In this document: positions 13,352 through 24,374 of the stretch, piece by piece | Position numbering within the stretch: the first letter of the stretch is position 1 | How the letters are laid out: every line of letters starts with the position of its first letter | NCBI RefSeq assembly: GCF_016432865.1 | Contig: NC_067399.1 | Span: 614,234,001 to 614,298,000, forward strand | Origin: Antechinus flavipes | Lineage: Eukaryota | Reading direction: 5' to 3' | Length of the DNA stretch: 64,000 nucleotides | Made by a program: the position numbers and the translations under genes | The notes under the pieces: model-generated | Told to the model about the DNA's origin: nothing | The model's database searches: none | Seen by the model: the letters and a program-made list of their open reading frames with translations, nothing else

Positions 13352-14144
13352 ACCTTTTGCTCCTTCTGTCCCGTCTGCTCCTTGACGTCTCCCTCTCACG
13401 GCCCGTTTCTAGCATGCTAACTTAAGGACTCTCGGACTCCTCCAAGCCTCAGTGGTCAGAGTTCGACAAAACTTGTTAACGCACCGAGAAGCCCGGGCCG
13501 CCTCAGAAGGATGCGGTGGGAGGCTCACGCGGCTGGCCGACGACTGGGCCAGATAGGGAGCCGGGGCCGCGGGCGTTTCCCTGGACCAGAGTTGTCCGGA
13601 TTTATCCTGGGGTCCCAGTGGGCCCTTGTCCCTGGCGTTGCCCACCAGGCCCTCAGAAGCCAAGGATCCACGCAAGGTCGGCCTCCTTTTTACAGGCTCT
13701 GTCTCCTGGGAGACCCCATCCCTCTACAGGCCCTACCTGTAACTCCCCTCAGAAGGGTACCAGGCAGGACACGGCCTAGGGGCTGCCCAGGAGGTGGTGC
13801 TGCGAGCCTGCAGCTGGCCCCTGCTCCCGGGCAGGAGCGCACTCCTGCTGGCCCTGGCTGGCGCCCAGGGGCAGGCGTGTAAGGGAGACTTGTCACTGTC
13901 CTCAGAACCCCAGGGCCAGTCCCTCTGTGCTGCTCCCCCCCCCCAGCCTCAGTCTACCTGGAGCAGTCTGCTGCTTCTGAATCACACTCCCCACTTACCA
14001 TAGCTGCTCACACAGTTGGGTTCCCTCCAGGCAATTGCCTGCCTTTGAAGGTGACCCAAGGGAGAGGGGAGGCTGTTAGTGAATTCAGCCAGTGAGCTCA
14101 TGACAAAAGCTCCCGGTCCCTGCAGGGGGAGGGGGGTCCGGCTC

Positions 14145-14150
14145 TATAAA
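14145..14150 (+). promoter_or_regulatory. ANKRD2: ANKRD2 TATA box (TATAAA)
   Basis: ctcTATAAAgg 71 nt upstream of the ATG in strong context (gccATGg) at 14216. Confidence 0.8.
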
Positions 14151-14215
14151 GGCTCTGCGGTCCTGCTGGGCCAAGCCAGCATTGTGAGGCTGGGGGTACA
14201 CGCAGGTCGCTGGCC

Positions 14216-14290
14216 ATGGCGAGCTCAGAAGAGGTGCAGAGGGCGACGGAGCTGATTGAGCAGCGGCTGGCTGAGGAGGAGGAGAACCAG
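14216..14290 (+). CDS. ANKRD2: ANKRD2 exon 1
   Basis: MASSEEVQRATELIEQRLAEEEENQ|gtactg, similar to human MEDSEAVQRATALIEQRLAQEEENE. Confidence 0.9.
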
Positions 14291-15540
14291 GTACTGAGGC
14301 TTGCAGGGCACGGGGGGGGGGGGGGGGGGGGGAGGGGAGAGGGGAGTGGGAGGAGGGAAGCCCCCTTCATCCAGAGCTGGGCTGAGAGGCTACAGGAGGA
14401 CTTGAAGCTGTAGCTAGTGAGCTTGAGGAGGGCTGCCCTGGGAAGAGGCAAGGCTGGTGAAGGTTCAGAGGGAAACTATCCCTCCCTTGGGCGCCCTTCT
14501 CTCTCTGACTGGTGACCTCCAGGCTGCGAGGGCTAGAAGTGCCGTACCCCCGAACAGAGAGAAGCGAGGGAACTGGCCCTGGCACCAAGTCAGGGCAATT
14601 GGGAGAGCAGGGCTCTTTGCTTATGGACATCCTCCAGCTGCAGCCCAAGCAGCAGGTGACCCTTCCTGGCCTCTGCAGAAGGACCAGAGACGAGGAGTGG
14701 GAAAATCCAGGTCAAAGGAAGGAGGAAGCAAAGGCACCCACACTATCTTAGGAAGCCCACTTTCCCCAGGCCAGAAGCAGGGAAGCGGATCCGCATTCTC
14801 CCCCATGCTGGCATCCTGCCACCGCCTTCTGGCACAGGCAGTCCCAGGGCTCCTCAGGGCTCCATTCATTCAGAGCTCAGGGAATTTAGGACGGGACAGG
14901 ACTCCCTTCAGAGAGAGGGAAACCAGCCTGGCCTGGCCGGGGTCTTCAAGTTTAATGAGTACCCGGGAAAGTTAAAATAACTCTAAAATAGTTAGGGCAT
15001 GAGTGATCAGCACCCTGTGCCCCAGTCCCTCCCAGCTGGCATTTGGAAGATTTCATTTGGGACGGGATTAAGTCATTTCTCGTCTAGGGGATCCTGGTGA
15101 TTCCAGTTAAGCGCGCTCCCCCCATCTCACTCTAGTTCTATATCGAGGCATGGGCTGGAGCCCTGGGGGCGGGGGGGAGTAAGAAGCAAAGCTGACTGAC
15201 TAGCGGAGCAGGAGGGAGGTGGGAGCGGCACATACTGTTCAGCTCCCACAAGTTCAAGGGCATTGGACCTCAGAGCTGCCAGAATGGGAACTTGTTCCGT
15301 TTCCAGGGAAATGTCAAGAGAACAATGTATCAAATCAGAAATGATTCTGTGGTAAAAGAACACAAAATGAGACTTTTATGAAAATGGTCAAAGTATGTAC
15401 GACCTGCCTAATTTTAAAAAAATTAAATCTAGCTTCTGTCCTCCCCTTGTTTTTTAATTCGATTATAAAGTCTAAGCTCTTAATTGCAACGTGGCTGTCC
15501 CATGACCTTGATAACTGTGTGCCTACTGTGTGTTAGAGCC

Positions 15541-15602
15541 TGACTCAGGTACCATCAGAATGTGAGAATGGAAACATCCCTGTTAGACCTCTCTAAATAT
15601 AG
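15541..15602. promoter_or_regulatory. Candidate muscle enhancer in ANKRD2 intron 1: AP-1 (TGACTCA 15541-15547) and MEF2 (CTAAATATAG 15593-15602)
   Basis: Exact consensus matches within 62 bp; function inferred. Confidence 0.45.
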
Positions 15603-17164
15603 AATGGGCCGCCTCAGGAGGCTGGGGGTTGGTTCTCTCTTCCTGGAGGCCTTCCAGCAAGAGTTGGGTGACTGCTTAAGAGGAAGGATACAGAAGCAAG
15701 GGTTGGGTGCGGATGGGCCTGGCCGGCTGAGGCCCCTCCCAAGCAGATACAAGAGTCTGGCCTTGTTGGTATTGGGTATTCTGCCATCACAGGTGGCCAT
15801 CCTCCTCAGCAATCTCCCCAAACCCTGTGGGGAACAGACCTCTCTGGTCTCAGGAGCGCCTTGAGTGATATCTCAGACTGCCCCCTGAGGATCCGGGGTC
15901 CCCCATTTACAGGCCTACAGAGGAGGACTTCAGTGGAGGCAACATCTATATTAATTACTACTAAACATCTTATTCCTCCACCCACAAAATTGGTCTGAGT
16001 CAAAAGCAGTTACCTAATAACTACCTAATAATTCATTAATCATTACCCTGAATTAGGACAGGAAATAGAAAAGGGTTCATTGTGGAGAGACAAGAAAAAC
16101 AGGAAGTTGCGGGTCCAAGAAACGTCTCCCTGCAGTTTCTGGCTTCTTTGCTGTTAGCAGTAGTGCCAGGTGTGATTCTCCCGGCCTAGTTGTAGCCTAG
16201 GAACTCTGTATTTTACCCCTTCCCCTTAAATTAGCTGTATCTCCCTCCCATTCCCACCCCACGCTAATGGGTTTCCCAGGACCACCGAGGCAGGATCCAG
16301 ACTCAAGGCCGGCTAACTCACTCACTCCAAGTCCAGCACTCGCCCTGCCTGGCTGCCCATGGAGGCACAGGAAAGGGGAGAGAATTGGACCCCTCAGCGG
16401 CTGAAGATGAAGGGGCCCGGCTACAGAGCAAAGGGAAGGGAAGTTGGGGATGCTGGTTTGTCTGGAGAGCGCACCAGTTAAAGGCTGGGTTTTTTGTTTG
16501 GTGCCGTTAAAATGAGACTCCCCCAGCCTGGCCTAGTGGAAAGGGTTGGACAGGTCCTCAGAGGTGGGAGAGCCAGGTCCGGCCATCCACCGCTCACCAG
16601 TTGTGGGACACTGGGCAGTCCGCTTCCCTCGAAAGGCTGGAGTGGCCTGGGAACTAACTGAGCTGCTGACGGCCGAGGGCCCGACCGGTGGTCTCTGCAT
16701 TTGGTCTCTAGAACCTTGGGTCCTGGTGTGGAAAAATGTCACTGGCCTTTAGAGCCTAATTCTCTCAGTTCCTGCGTGTCTGTACCTGGGCCAAACCTTT
16801 GGCAGTTCTGGGCTTTTCCGCTCTGCATCTCTGGTCCTGGGAGCTAAAATTCTGTGGCCTTTGACCCCAGGTGGGATTTGGAGTCAGAGGAGCCCTAACT
16901 CTGATACTTCTCTCCAGGTCAATAACTGCTCTTTCCTCAGTTTCCTCATTCGAGAAATGGGGATAAGGGCTCCTCCCTGCAGGGTGGTTGCAGATGAAGC
17001 ACTCGGCGCAGGGCCGGCACCTAGCAGACAGACACGGGGTAACGTCTAGCTTATCCTTGTGCCCCCCGTGGGGAATGCTGGAAGCAGGAAGGCTGCCGGG
17101 GCCGGAAGCCCGAGCTCCAGGAGAGGGGCCAGGGTGGCTTCTGAGCTTGGGTTTCCTTTCTCAG

Positions 17165-17275
17165 AAGCTCCACGATGCCGCCAGCACGAAGCTTGGGCCG
17201 CTGCAGATGGACATGCTGGTCCTAGAGGATGAGAAGCGCCACGGGGCCCAGAACCCGGCGCTTCAGAAGGTCAAG
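17165..17275 (+). CDS. ANKRD2: ANKRD2 exon 2
   Basis: tttctcag|KLHDAASTKLGPLQMDMLVLEDEKRHGAQNPALQKVK|gtaaga, 111 nt, phase 0. Confidence 0.9.
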
Positions 17276-17752
17276 GTAAGAGCCTGGGGGGACGAAGCCC
17301 TGCACTCCGGTCCCCCAGTCCTGGCCCCTGGCCCCCCCAGACCCATGCGCTTCTCTGGCCCTGAGAGAGGGGGGCCGCGGGAACTCCTTCCCTTCCGAGG
17401 GAGTTTGTGTGCTGGAAAGGGGGCCCCAGCATTTAAGGGCCGGCTCCTTCTGTGACCTCGGGGAGCCCGCTTCCCTTTTACTCCGGGCTTAGGTTTTTTC
17501 TGTGGAATGGCTGGGTTGGGTTGGCCCGAAGGTCCTGCCAGCTCCCAGAGTCCTGACTGAGAAGAGAATGAAGGAGGTCTCCGGCAGCCCCCGCCCGCCC
17601 CCGGCCTCCCGACGCTCGGAGCTAGGCTCCGGACGTGCTGGCCCGAAGCTGGGCGGGAGTAGCGCCAGCGGGAGGAGGCCAGCGGCCTACCCCAGTCAGG
17701 CAGGAGGAAGCCCACCCGCCCCACTCAGGCCGCTTGTCCCTGCTCTCCACAG

Positions 17753-17911
17753 GGTCAGGAGAGAGTGCGAAAGACGTCGCTGGACCTTCGCCGGGAGATC
17801 ATCGACGTGGGGGGCATCCAGAACCTCATCGAGCTCCGGAAGAAAAGGAAGCAGAAGAAGAGAGAGGCGCTGACCCCGGCTCCCGAGCCGCCCCCCGAAG
17901 CCCAGGAGATC
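17753..17911 (+). CDS. ANKRD2: ANKRD2 exon 3 (basic NLS-like KKRKQKKR)
   Basis: cacag|GQERVRKTSLDLRREIIDVGGIQNLIELRKKRKQKKRE...QEI|gtaaga, 159 nt. Confidence 0.95.
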
Positions 17912-18091
17912 GTAAGAGAGAATCCGGAGGGTGGGGGATTGCACGTGGGCCCCGGGAGGGAGAGGAGCGCGCCGGCTGCGGGGCTAGGGTCAGATGTGGA
18001 CCCCTGAGACTTCCCTCCCTGGCAGAGGGGGCCCTAAAGAGCCTGACTCTGGGAGGGGACAAGAGAAGCCTCCACTCCTGCTGTTAGAGAA

Positions 18092-18215
18092 GGGGCCAGC
18101 AGGGCGGCGCAGTGCGCAGAGCCCCGGCCCGGGAGGCAGGAGGACCTGGGTTCCCATGTGGCCTCAGACACTTAACACTTCCTGGCCGTGGGACCCCAGT
18201 TGCTTTAGCAAAGAA
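18092..18215 (+). mobile_element. WSINE1-like marsupial SINE with GC-shifted sequence (ANKRD2 intron 3)
   Basis: ctcagacacttaacacttcct motif and tRNA-like head align with the copies at 29966 and 40385. Confidence 0.8.
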
Positions 18216-18375
18216 GAGAAGGAGCTTGCGTTCCAGGCCTTCGCGGAGTCATCTTTCTGAATGAGGGGTCTCAGGCAGAGGTTTCCGGCTGGAACCCAGC
18301 TACCCTGCCGCGCTCCTGCTCGCGGCTTCTGCCGCGGAGTGCGGGCGACTCGGCCCCCCGGTGTCTTTCCCTCAG

Positions 18376-18483
18376 ACTGGACCCATAGAAGCGGAGAGCT
18401 TCCTGAAAGCCGCCGTGGAAGGGAAGATGCCTGTCATCGAGAAGTTCCTGGCGGACGGAGGCTCCCCCGACACCTGTGACGAG
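18376..18483 (+). CDS. ANKRD2: ANKRD2 exon 4
   Basis: ctcag|TGPIEAESFLKAAVEGKMPVIEKFLADGGSPDTCDE|gtaagg, 108 nt. Confidence 0.95.
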
Positions 18484-18551
18484 GTAAGGGCTCCTCTAAC
18501 CCCCCCGCAGCCCCAGGGCACCGTCAGCCCTGTTCCTCGGGTCCGCTCTCT

Positions 18552-19261
18552 GGGGGGGGGGCGAGGGTCCCGCGGGAGAAGCTCTCCAAAGGAAGCCAGG
18601 GTCACCGAGTCTCAGCCTCAGGCTGGAAGGGACGCCGCAAAGCTCAGGCGCGCGCCCGTAGCCCCACCCTCTGGGGGGAGGGGCGCGAGCGTCCCGTGGG
18701 AGAAGCTCTCCGAAGGAAGCCAGGGTCACCGAGTCTCAGCCTCAGGCTGGAAGGGACGCTGCAAAGCTCAGGCGGAGCCTGTAGCCACCGGGTGGGGGTG
18801 GGGTGGGGGGGGTGGGCCTCAGGCTGGAAGGGACGCTGCAAAGCTCAGGCGCGCGCCCGTAGCCCCCGCCCTCTGGGGAGGGGGAAGGGAGATGAGCGTC
18901 CCGTGGGAGAAGCTCTCCGAAGGAAGCCAGGGTCACCGAGTCTCAGCCTCAGGCTGGAAGGGACGCTGCAAAGCTCAGGCGCGCGCCCGTAGCCCCGCCC
19001 TCTGGGGGGGAGGGGCGCGAGCGTCCCGTGGGAGAAGCTCTCCGAAGGAAGCCAGGGTCACCGAGTCTCAGCCTCAGGCTGGAAGGGACGCTGCAAAGCT
19101 CAGGCGCGCGCCCGTAGCCCCGCCCTCTGGGGGGGGGAGGGAAGGGAGATGGGCGTCCCGTGGGAGAAGCTCTCCGAAGGAAGCCAGGGTCACCGAGTCT
19201 CAGCCTCAGGCTGGAAGGGACGCTGCAAAGCTCAGGCGGAGCCTGTAGCCCCCGCCCTCTG
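18552..19261 (+). repeat. GC-rich VNTR in ANKRD2 intron 4: five full ~125-132 bp units plus one half unit
   Basis: Unit starts at 18563, 18687, 18894, 19019, 19151; half unit from about 18817; units joined by variable G runs. Confidence 0.95.
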
Positions 19262-20118
19262 CGCCCTTCCTGGGGGACGGTTCCATGACCCGCTTTAGGG
19301 GGACAGCTTTTATCCAGCCGAGCGAGGGCCGGGTCGGAGTTTTGCCTCGGCCACATGGCGGGAGGTCAGGGACCTCTCAGCGCGCGAGGCCGGACGGGCA
19401 GATGAAAATGCCGCGGGGGAATGGCTAACAGACGGGGAGAGGTCCGGGCTGGACACCGGGGCATCTCCCCCGAGATTGTCAGAGCTGGGAGAGGAGGGTC
19501 CCCATCCCCACCTACCCTGAGCCTGCTGCTAATTGGTCCTGCCTCAGCCAGCACGGCGCCCGGCCCCTCCTTGGTTTGTTCATCTGTGGGGCTGGGGTGA
19601 TACTTCTCCAGCCTCGCTGGCAGGCTCATTAGGAGGAAGAAAGGCATTAATCATAACAGTATTAATAGGCCGCTTTTTTTTAACCAAACACTGTAAGGGC
19701 TGTCACGGTTGCTTCTGGTTTATTTTGAAAGTACTTTTATCTTAAATCTACTTTTTTTAAGCCTCATAAACCAGAACTTCACAAACAAGTTGAAGTTCCC
19801 CTTTACCATACACAGAGTCCTGTGGTCTGGTCAAAGACCACCCTTTTCAGACTTAGGAGCCTCTCTCGTTTCAGACTAGTCTCCGTGGAAACTGAAGGGC
19901 TTGGGGAGGGAGTGAAAAGATGGGGGAAGGTGGGGTCCAAGACCCTGAACTCTGCAAACCGGGCCCCAGAAGGTCTAGAGGCCAATGAAAGGCCTCCTCC
20001 GGGGAGCGGGGGTTGGACCAGTAGGAGAGGGGCTACCTCCCAGCTGAGCTCGCAGCTAGCGCAGGCAGGGCCGAGGCTGGTGTCCAGACTCGGGCTCACG
20101 GTGGTCTCTGGTGGGCAG

Positions 20119-20217
20119 TTCCGCAGGACGGCCCTTCACCGGGCCTCCCTGGAGGGCCACACGGAGATCCTGCAGAAGCTGCTGGACAGTGGAGCCACTG
20201 TGGACTTCCAGGACCGG
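20119..20217 (+). CDS. ANKRD2: ANKRD2 exon 5 (ankyrin repeat)
   Basis: gcag|FRRTALHRASLEGHTEILQKLLDSGATVDFQDR|gtgagg, 99 nt. Confidence 0.95.
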
Positions 20218-20489
20218 GTGAGGAGAACACCGCTGTCCTGGGCAAGGGTCCCCCGCATCCTCCCTGGGCCGGCTTTCCTGGGACGGAGGGACCACCGAGC
20301 CTAAGCCTGAATGTGACACGGATCTGAGGAGGGTAGGGCAGGGCTCCTCCCCCTCGACTCTCCCCCAGGCTTCTCCCGCGCCCCCCCCCTTGTTTGCTTG
20401 GACTTGGGGCTCCTCCTTTAGGGAGGGACGGGGAGCCTGGGACCTGCCGCTTTAATTCTCCTTCCCCTTGGGACCGCCGCGCCCACCAG

Positions 20490-20588
20490 CTGGACTGCAC
20501 GGCCGTACACTGGGCTTGCCGTGGGGGCCACCTGGAGGTGGTGAAGCTTCTGCAGAGCCGCGGAGCAAACATCAACGTGCGGGACAAG
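20490..20588 (+). CDS. ANKRD2: ANKRD2 exon 6 (ankyrin repeat)
   Basis: ccag|[33 protein letters not shown]|gtggga, 99 nt. Confidence 0.95.
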
Positions 20589-21013
20589 GTGGGAAGACCC
20601 AGCGTGGGGGGTGTAAGTGTAAAGGGAGGGGATGAGCCCCCAAAGCATCCCTGGTGCCCACTCCTCAGCCCGGAGCCCAGAAAAAGAGATTTTCCCACTG
20701 GGGCAAAACTGGCTGGGGTGGAGATGATGATCTAGTCACCTGTGCAGACTCACTGTTGGGTTTCCCTGCCCCGGGGTTTGGGAGGAGGCCATTCTGGTGA
20801 GTCAGGTAGGATTCTGGGCCTAGGCCCTGTCCTGGTGTGGCTGTCGGGCTCCCCCAGGAGCAACGTCCCAGGGAGACGCAGCCTGGGGGGCAGCATCAGC
20901 ACCCTTCGGGGGCCGGCCAAACAACACAGTGATAGATTAGAAAGCGGCAGGTGCCCTCCTGGCCCTCCGGGGAGGGCCCCTTCAGCCGGTAACCCCCATC
21001 CCTTCCCCCCCAG

Positions 21014-21112
21014 CTCCTGAGCACTCCCCTCCACGTGGCCGCCCGCACGGGGCGAGTGGACCTGGTGGAATACTTCCTCTCCATGGGAGTGGATATCAAT
21101 TCCAAGGACAGG
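21014..21112 (+). CDS. ANKRD2: ANKRD2 exon 7 (ankyrin repeat)
   Basis: ccccag|LLSTPLHVAARTGRVDLVEYFLSMGVDINSKDR|gtgcgt, 99 nt. Confidence 0.95.
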
Positions 21113-21290
21113 GTGCGTACCCCTAACTCCCCTGTGGTCTCGGGGGTCTGCGAGCCCAGCATTTCCTGGGGCAGTGCCCTGTTTACACTCTCCTCCCTTG
21201 GGTCTGGGCACTGCGGCTTGTGCCACATGAGGTGTCCCCCCGTCCCCCACCCCAATGCCAGACCCTGAGCCCCAGCCTTGCCATACATAG

Positions 21291-21389
21291 GAAGGAGACA
21301 GTGCCCTCCACGATGCCGTGCGCCTTAACCGCTATAGGATCATCAAGATGCTGCTTCTGCACGGGGCTGACATGATGGCCAAGAACATG
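21291..21389 (+). CDS. ANKRD2: ANKRD2 exon 8 (ankyrin repeat)
   Basis: catag|[33 protein letters not shown]|gtaagc, 99 nt. Confidence 0.95.
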
Positions 21390-21622
21390 GTAAGCGCCCT
21401 CGGGCCGGAGTCTCCATGAGGGGTGTGTGTCCCCCCCCAGGATAGGGGAGCCCCGAGGGAAGCCGGAAGGAGAAGGGCTCAGCTGGGAGAGAAACAGCCT
21501 TCCCAGAAGCCTCAGGGGAGCCGGCCTGCCAGCTGAAGCCGCCAGGCTTACTTCTTTCCCGGGGCTGTCCGACCTCCGGCTGGGAGGTGCGGGGCTCCTG
21601 GAGAAATCTCTGTCCCTCTCAG

Positions 21623-21766
21623 GCAGGGAAGACCCCCACGGACCTGGTGCAGCTCTGGCAGGCCGACACCCGCCAGGCCCTGGAGCACCCAGAAGCGGAG
21701 CCCGCCCACAGCCAGAACGGCCTGGAGGGGTCTGCAGAGAGTGGCACCGAGTCGGCCCCCCAGTAA
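21623..21766 (+). CDS. ANKRD2: ANKRD2 exon 9 (stop TAA); total CDS 993 nt, 330 aa
   Basis: ctcag|AGKTPTDLVQLWQADTRQALEHPE...SAPQ*. Confidence 0.93.
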   Translation, partial: AGKTPTDLVQLWQADTRQALEHPEAEPAHSQNGLEGSAESGTESAPQ

Positions 21767-22096
21767 TCTTTCCCATCTGGATAACTTGTCCAGCCTCTGC
21801 GGAAGGACGACACAGAGCCCTGTGATGGAGCAGAGGAGGAAGTTCCGGCTGCTATCAAGTGGGCATTTGCATTTCCTCACTCTCCACCTTCCTCCAACCT
21901 GGAGTGTTTTGCTATCTGGAGTGATAATTTTATTTTCCTTTGCCAGAAAGGAAGGGAATGAGGGAGTGGGAAAAGAGACTGCAGGGAGGAGAAAAAAAGG
22001 CGATTGTCCACCAAACCTTCTCTCTTTTCTCTTGGATACTCTTTCCTTTCAGGACTTTTCTTGAATGCTTCTTTTTAATTTTTTCTTTCTTGTTTC

Positions 22097-22102
22097 ATTA
22101 AA
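22097..22102 (+). terminator. ANKRD2: Candidate ANKRD2 polyadenylation signal ATTAAA
   Basis: First A(A/T)TAAA hexamer I found after the stop (second at 22138-22143); variant signal, not verified. Confidence 0.5.
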
Positions 22103-22139
22103 TAGCTCCCTTTTACATGTAAAAAGTTTTAATATTCAT

Positions 22140-23110
22140 TAAAAAATTTTGAGTTCCAAATTCTCTCCCTCTCTCTCGCCCTTCCCCCATCCCTTGAGAA
22201 GGCAAGCAATGTGATATCAATTATACATATGAAGTCATGCAAAAGAAGTTTCCACATTAGCCATGCTGCAATTGAAAACATACACATTGTAATGCCAGAG
22301 AAACTGAGGCAGGAGAGAGATTAGAGAGTTTTTAATATTTTATTAATGGGAGAGTATAATTGACTGGACAGGACTCTCATCTCAAATTATCCAGTCAGAC
22401 AGAGATAAGTATACTGGGACCAAAGAATTCATATTGGTCCCAGGGCTAGAGGAGACTGTCATCCCAAAGAATCCAGCGTCCAGCATACAGCCAGCTGCCA
22501 GCCTCCAGCATACAGCCTCCATCAATGAATGGAGGAACCCCAACTTCTTAAATACCTTTTCTCTAAACAAAGGAAGAGGTGAGAAGCGCGGGAAAATTTC
22601 TGTCCGGATAGGGGAGGCCATAAATCTTAAAAATCCAGAGACAGGATGTCTGAATACACAGAAATAAAGATATCAGTGAGGTATCTTGGAATATTTTAGA
22701 GGGATATTGTAAATCCTTGAGGACAGAAAAGAGTCAAGAGGTCTACTCTCTTGTTTGTCTTGCTAATTTATAACCTTAGAGCAAATGGTCTTCAGTCTTA
22801 ATGTCCCTGGGGGAGGGGGGTAACAATTTAGGGGATTGAGACAGAACAGTTAAAGAAACTGAGACAAGGGAAACTGAGTCAGGACAGTTAAAGAGAACTG
22901 TGGCATAACCACATGAAACCTAAAGGAAGTTTAAAAAGTACACTTTAATCTGTACTTGGAGTTCACCTGTTCTCTATAGGGAGGTAACCCATCATGGGTC
23001 TTTTGGAATTGCCTTGGATTACTCTTGGTGAGAGTAGTGAAATCACATTTAAGCATCTTTACAATTTTGCTGTTACTATGTACAACGTTCCCTGGTTCTG
23101 CTACTTCCTC
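22140..23110 (-). mobile_element. L1 3' end, split by a solo LTR at 22288-22909
   Basis: ttttgagttccaaattctctcc...caatgtgatatcaattatac tail; L1-like sequence resumes after 22910. Confidence 0.7.
22288..22909 (-). mobile_element. Solo ERV LTR with 5-bp target-site duplication CACAT
   Basis: Termini TGTAATGCCA...TGGCATAAC(A lost); CACAT at 22283-22287 and 22910-22914; minus-strand TATTTAA (about 22550) and AATAAA (22339-22344). Confidence 0.75.
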
Positions 23111-23247
23111 TTCTTCTGACTCATTGTTCTTCTCAGTTTCTTCTTTGCTAAGGGGAGAAAGGAGTAATGGTGGTGGTGGTAAAATGGACTCAACTACATA
23201 CTTCATCAATATCTCATTGGTTGGATCAGTGTCCATTGTGGTTACCT

Positions 23248-24010
23248 CTGTCTACTAGTGTTCCCCAAGGCACTGGTCTAGGCCCTTCTCTGTCCTCTAT
23301 AATTGATCATTAATTGATGATTTCCGAAATTCCCATGGATATAATTGCCCTCCATCTTGATGCTTCCTCAATCGGTATATCCAGTCCTAGTCTCTTCCTA
23401 AGCTCCAGTCTCCCAACTGCCTCTTGGCCATTTTGCAGGGAATGTTCTCTGGTATCTCTCTCAAAATCAACATGTTCAACTTTTGACCTTCTGTGTCAAG
23501 GTCATCTTTGCATGCTCTGAACCTTGGCAGATTTCTACTTCCACAGTATCTTCCCTTTCTCATTCACACAGCCACCCCCTTTTTCAGACTCTCCTCTCCC
23601 CTGCTCTGGACCATTACAGTAGCCTTCTTGGTGGCTTCCCAGCCTCAGAGCCGGTCTACCCTCCAAACAGCCATCAGGGTGATTTTTCCTAATGACTAAA
23701 CCTGTTGTCCCCATCCTCCAACTCAAATTCAAGCGGTTCCCTCCTGACTCTGATCATTCACAAATATTAGAAGCTATTTATAAACTGACCCCATCCTGTT
23801 TCTTTATTACACATTATGCTCCCCCTCCATGGATTCCAAGGTCCAATCAAGTGAAGACCTTTGTGCTATTTCTCATACCGGACATTCCACCATCCACCCC
23901 TGATCAGTACCTTTGCACTGCTTTGGAATCCCTAGTTTCCTTCAGGACACATTTCAACTATGACCTTCTTCAGTGTGAGATTTTCCTTATTCAGTCATTT
24001 TTCGGTCATG
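23248..24010 (+). mobile_element. L2 LINE RT/3' fragment
   Basis: gtgttccccaagg (GVPQG motif) followed by L2-like pyrimidine-rich sequence. Confidence 0.7.
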
Positions 24011-24020
24011 TCTGATTCTG

Positions 24021-24222
24021 TCACTTCATTTGAAGTTTTCTTGGCAAAGATACTGGAGTGGTCTGCCATTTCCCTCTCTGGCTCATTTTGCAGATGAGGA
24101 AACTGAGGCAGACAGGGTTAAGTGACTTGCCCAGGGTCACAGCCAGTAAGTGTCTGAGGCCAGATTTAACGTGTCTTCCTGACTCCAAGCCTGGCACTCT
24201 ATCCACTGTACATCTAGCTGTC
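24021..24222 (-). mobile_element. MAR1-type marsupial CORE-SINE
   Basis: cttggcaaagatactggagtggtctgccatttccc + CORE + tRNA-like head. Confidence 0.8.
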
Positions 24223-24374
24223 TAAGATCTTTCTTGATTCCCTTACCCACCAAATAAGCCCAGGTTCTTATTTCTATTTTATGTTTGTACATATATATGT
24301 GTATAAACATATGTATACACGCGTAAATATACATGTATATACACAAGTTGTCTTCCATGTTAAAATGTAAGCAA

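Noticed and set aside
14971-14992. Two MEF2-like AT-rich motifs (TTAAAATAA, CTAAAATAG)
   Set aside because: Each is one base shorter than the YTA(W)4TAR consensus
16988-18087. Numerous 80-155 aa ORFs on both strands around ANKRD2 exons 2-3
   Set aside because: Explained by ANKRD2 exons plus the low stop-codon frequency of GC-rich DNA
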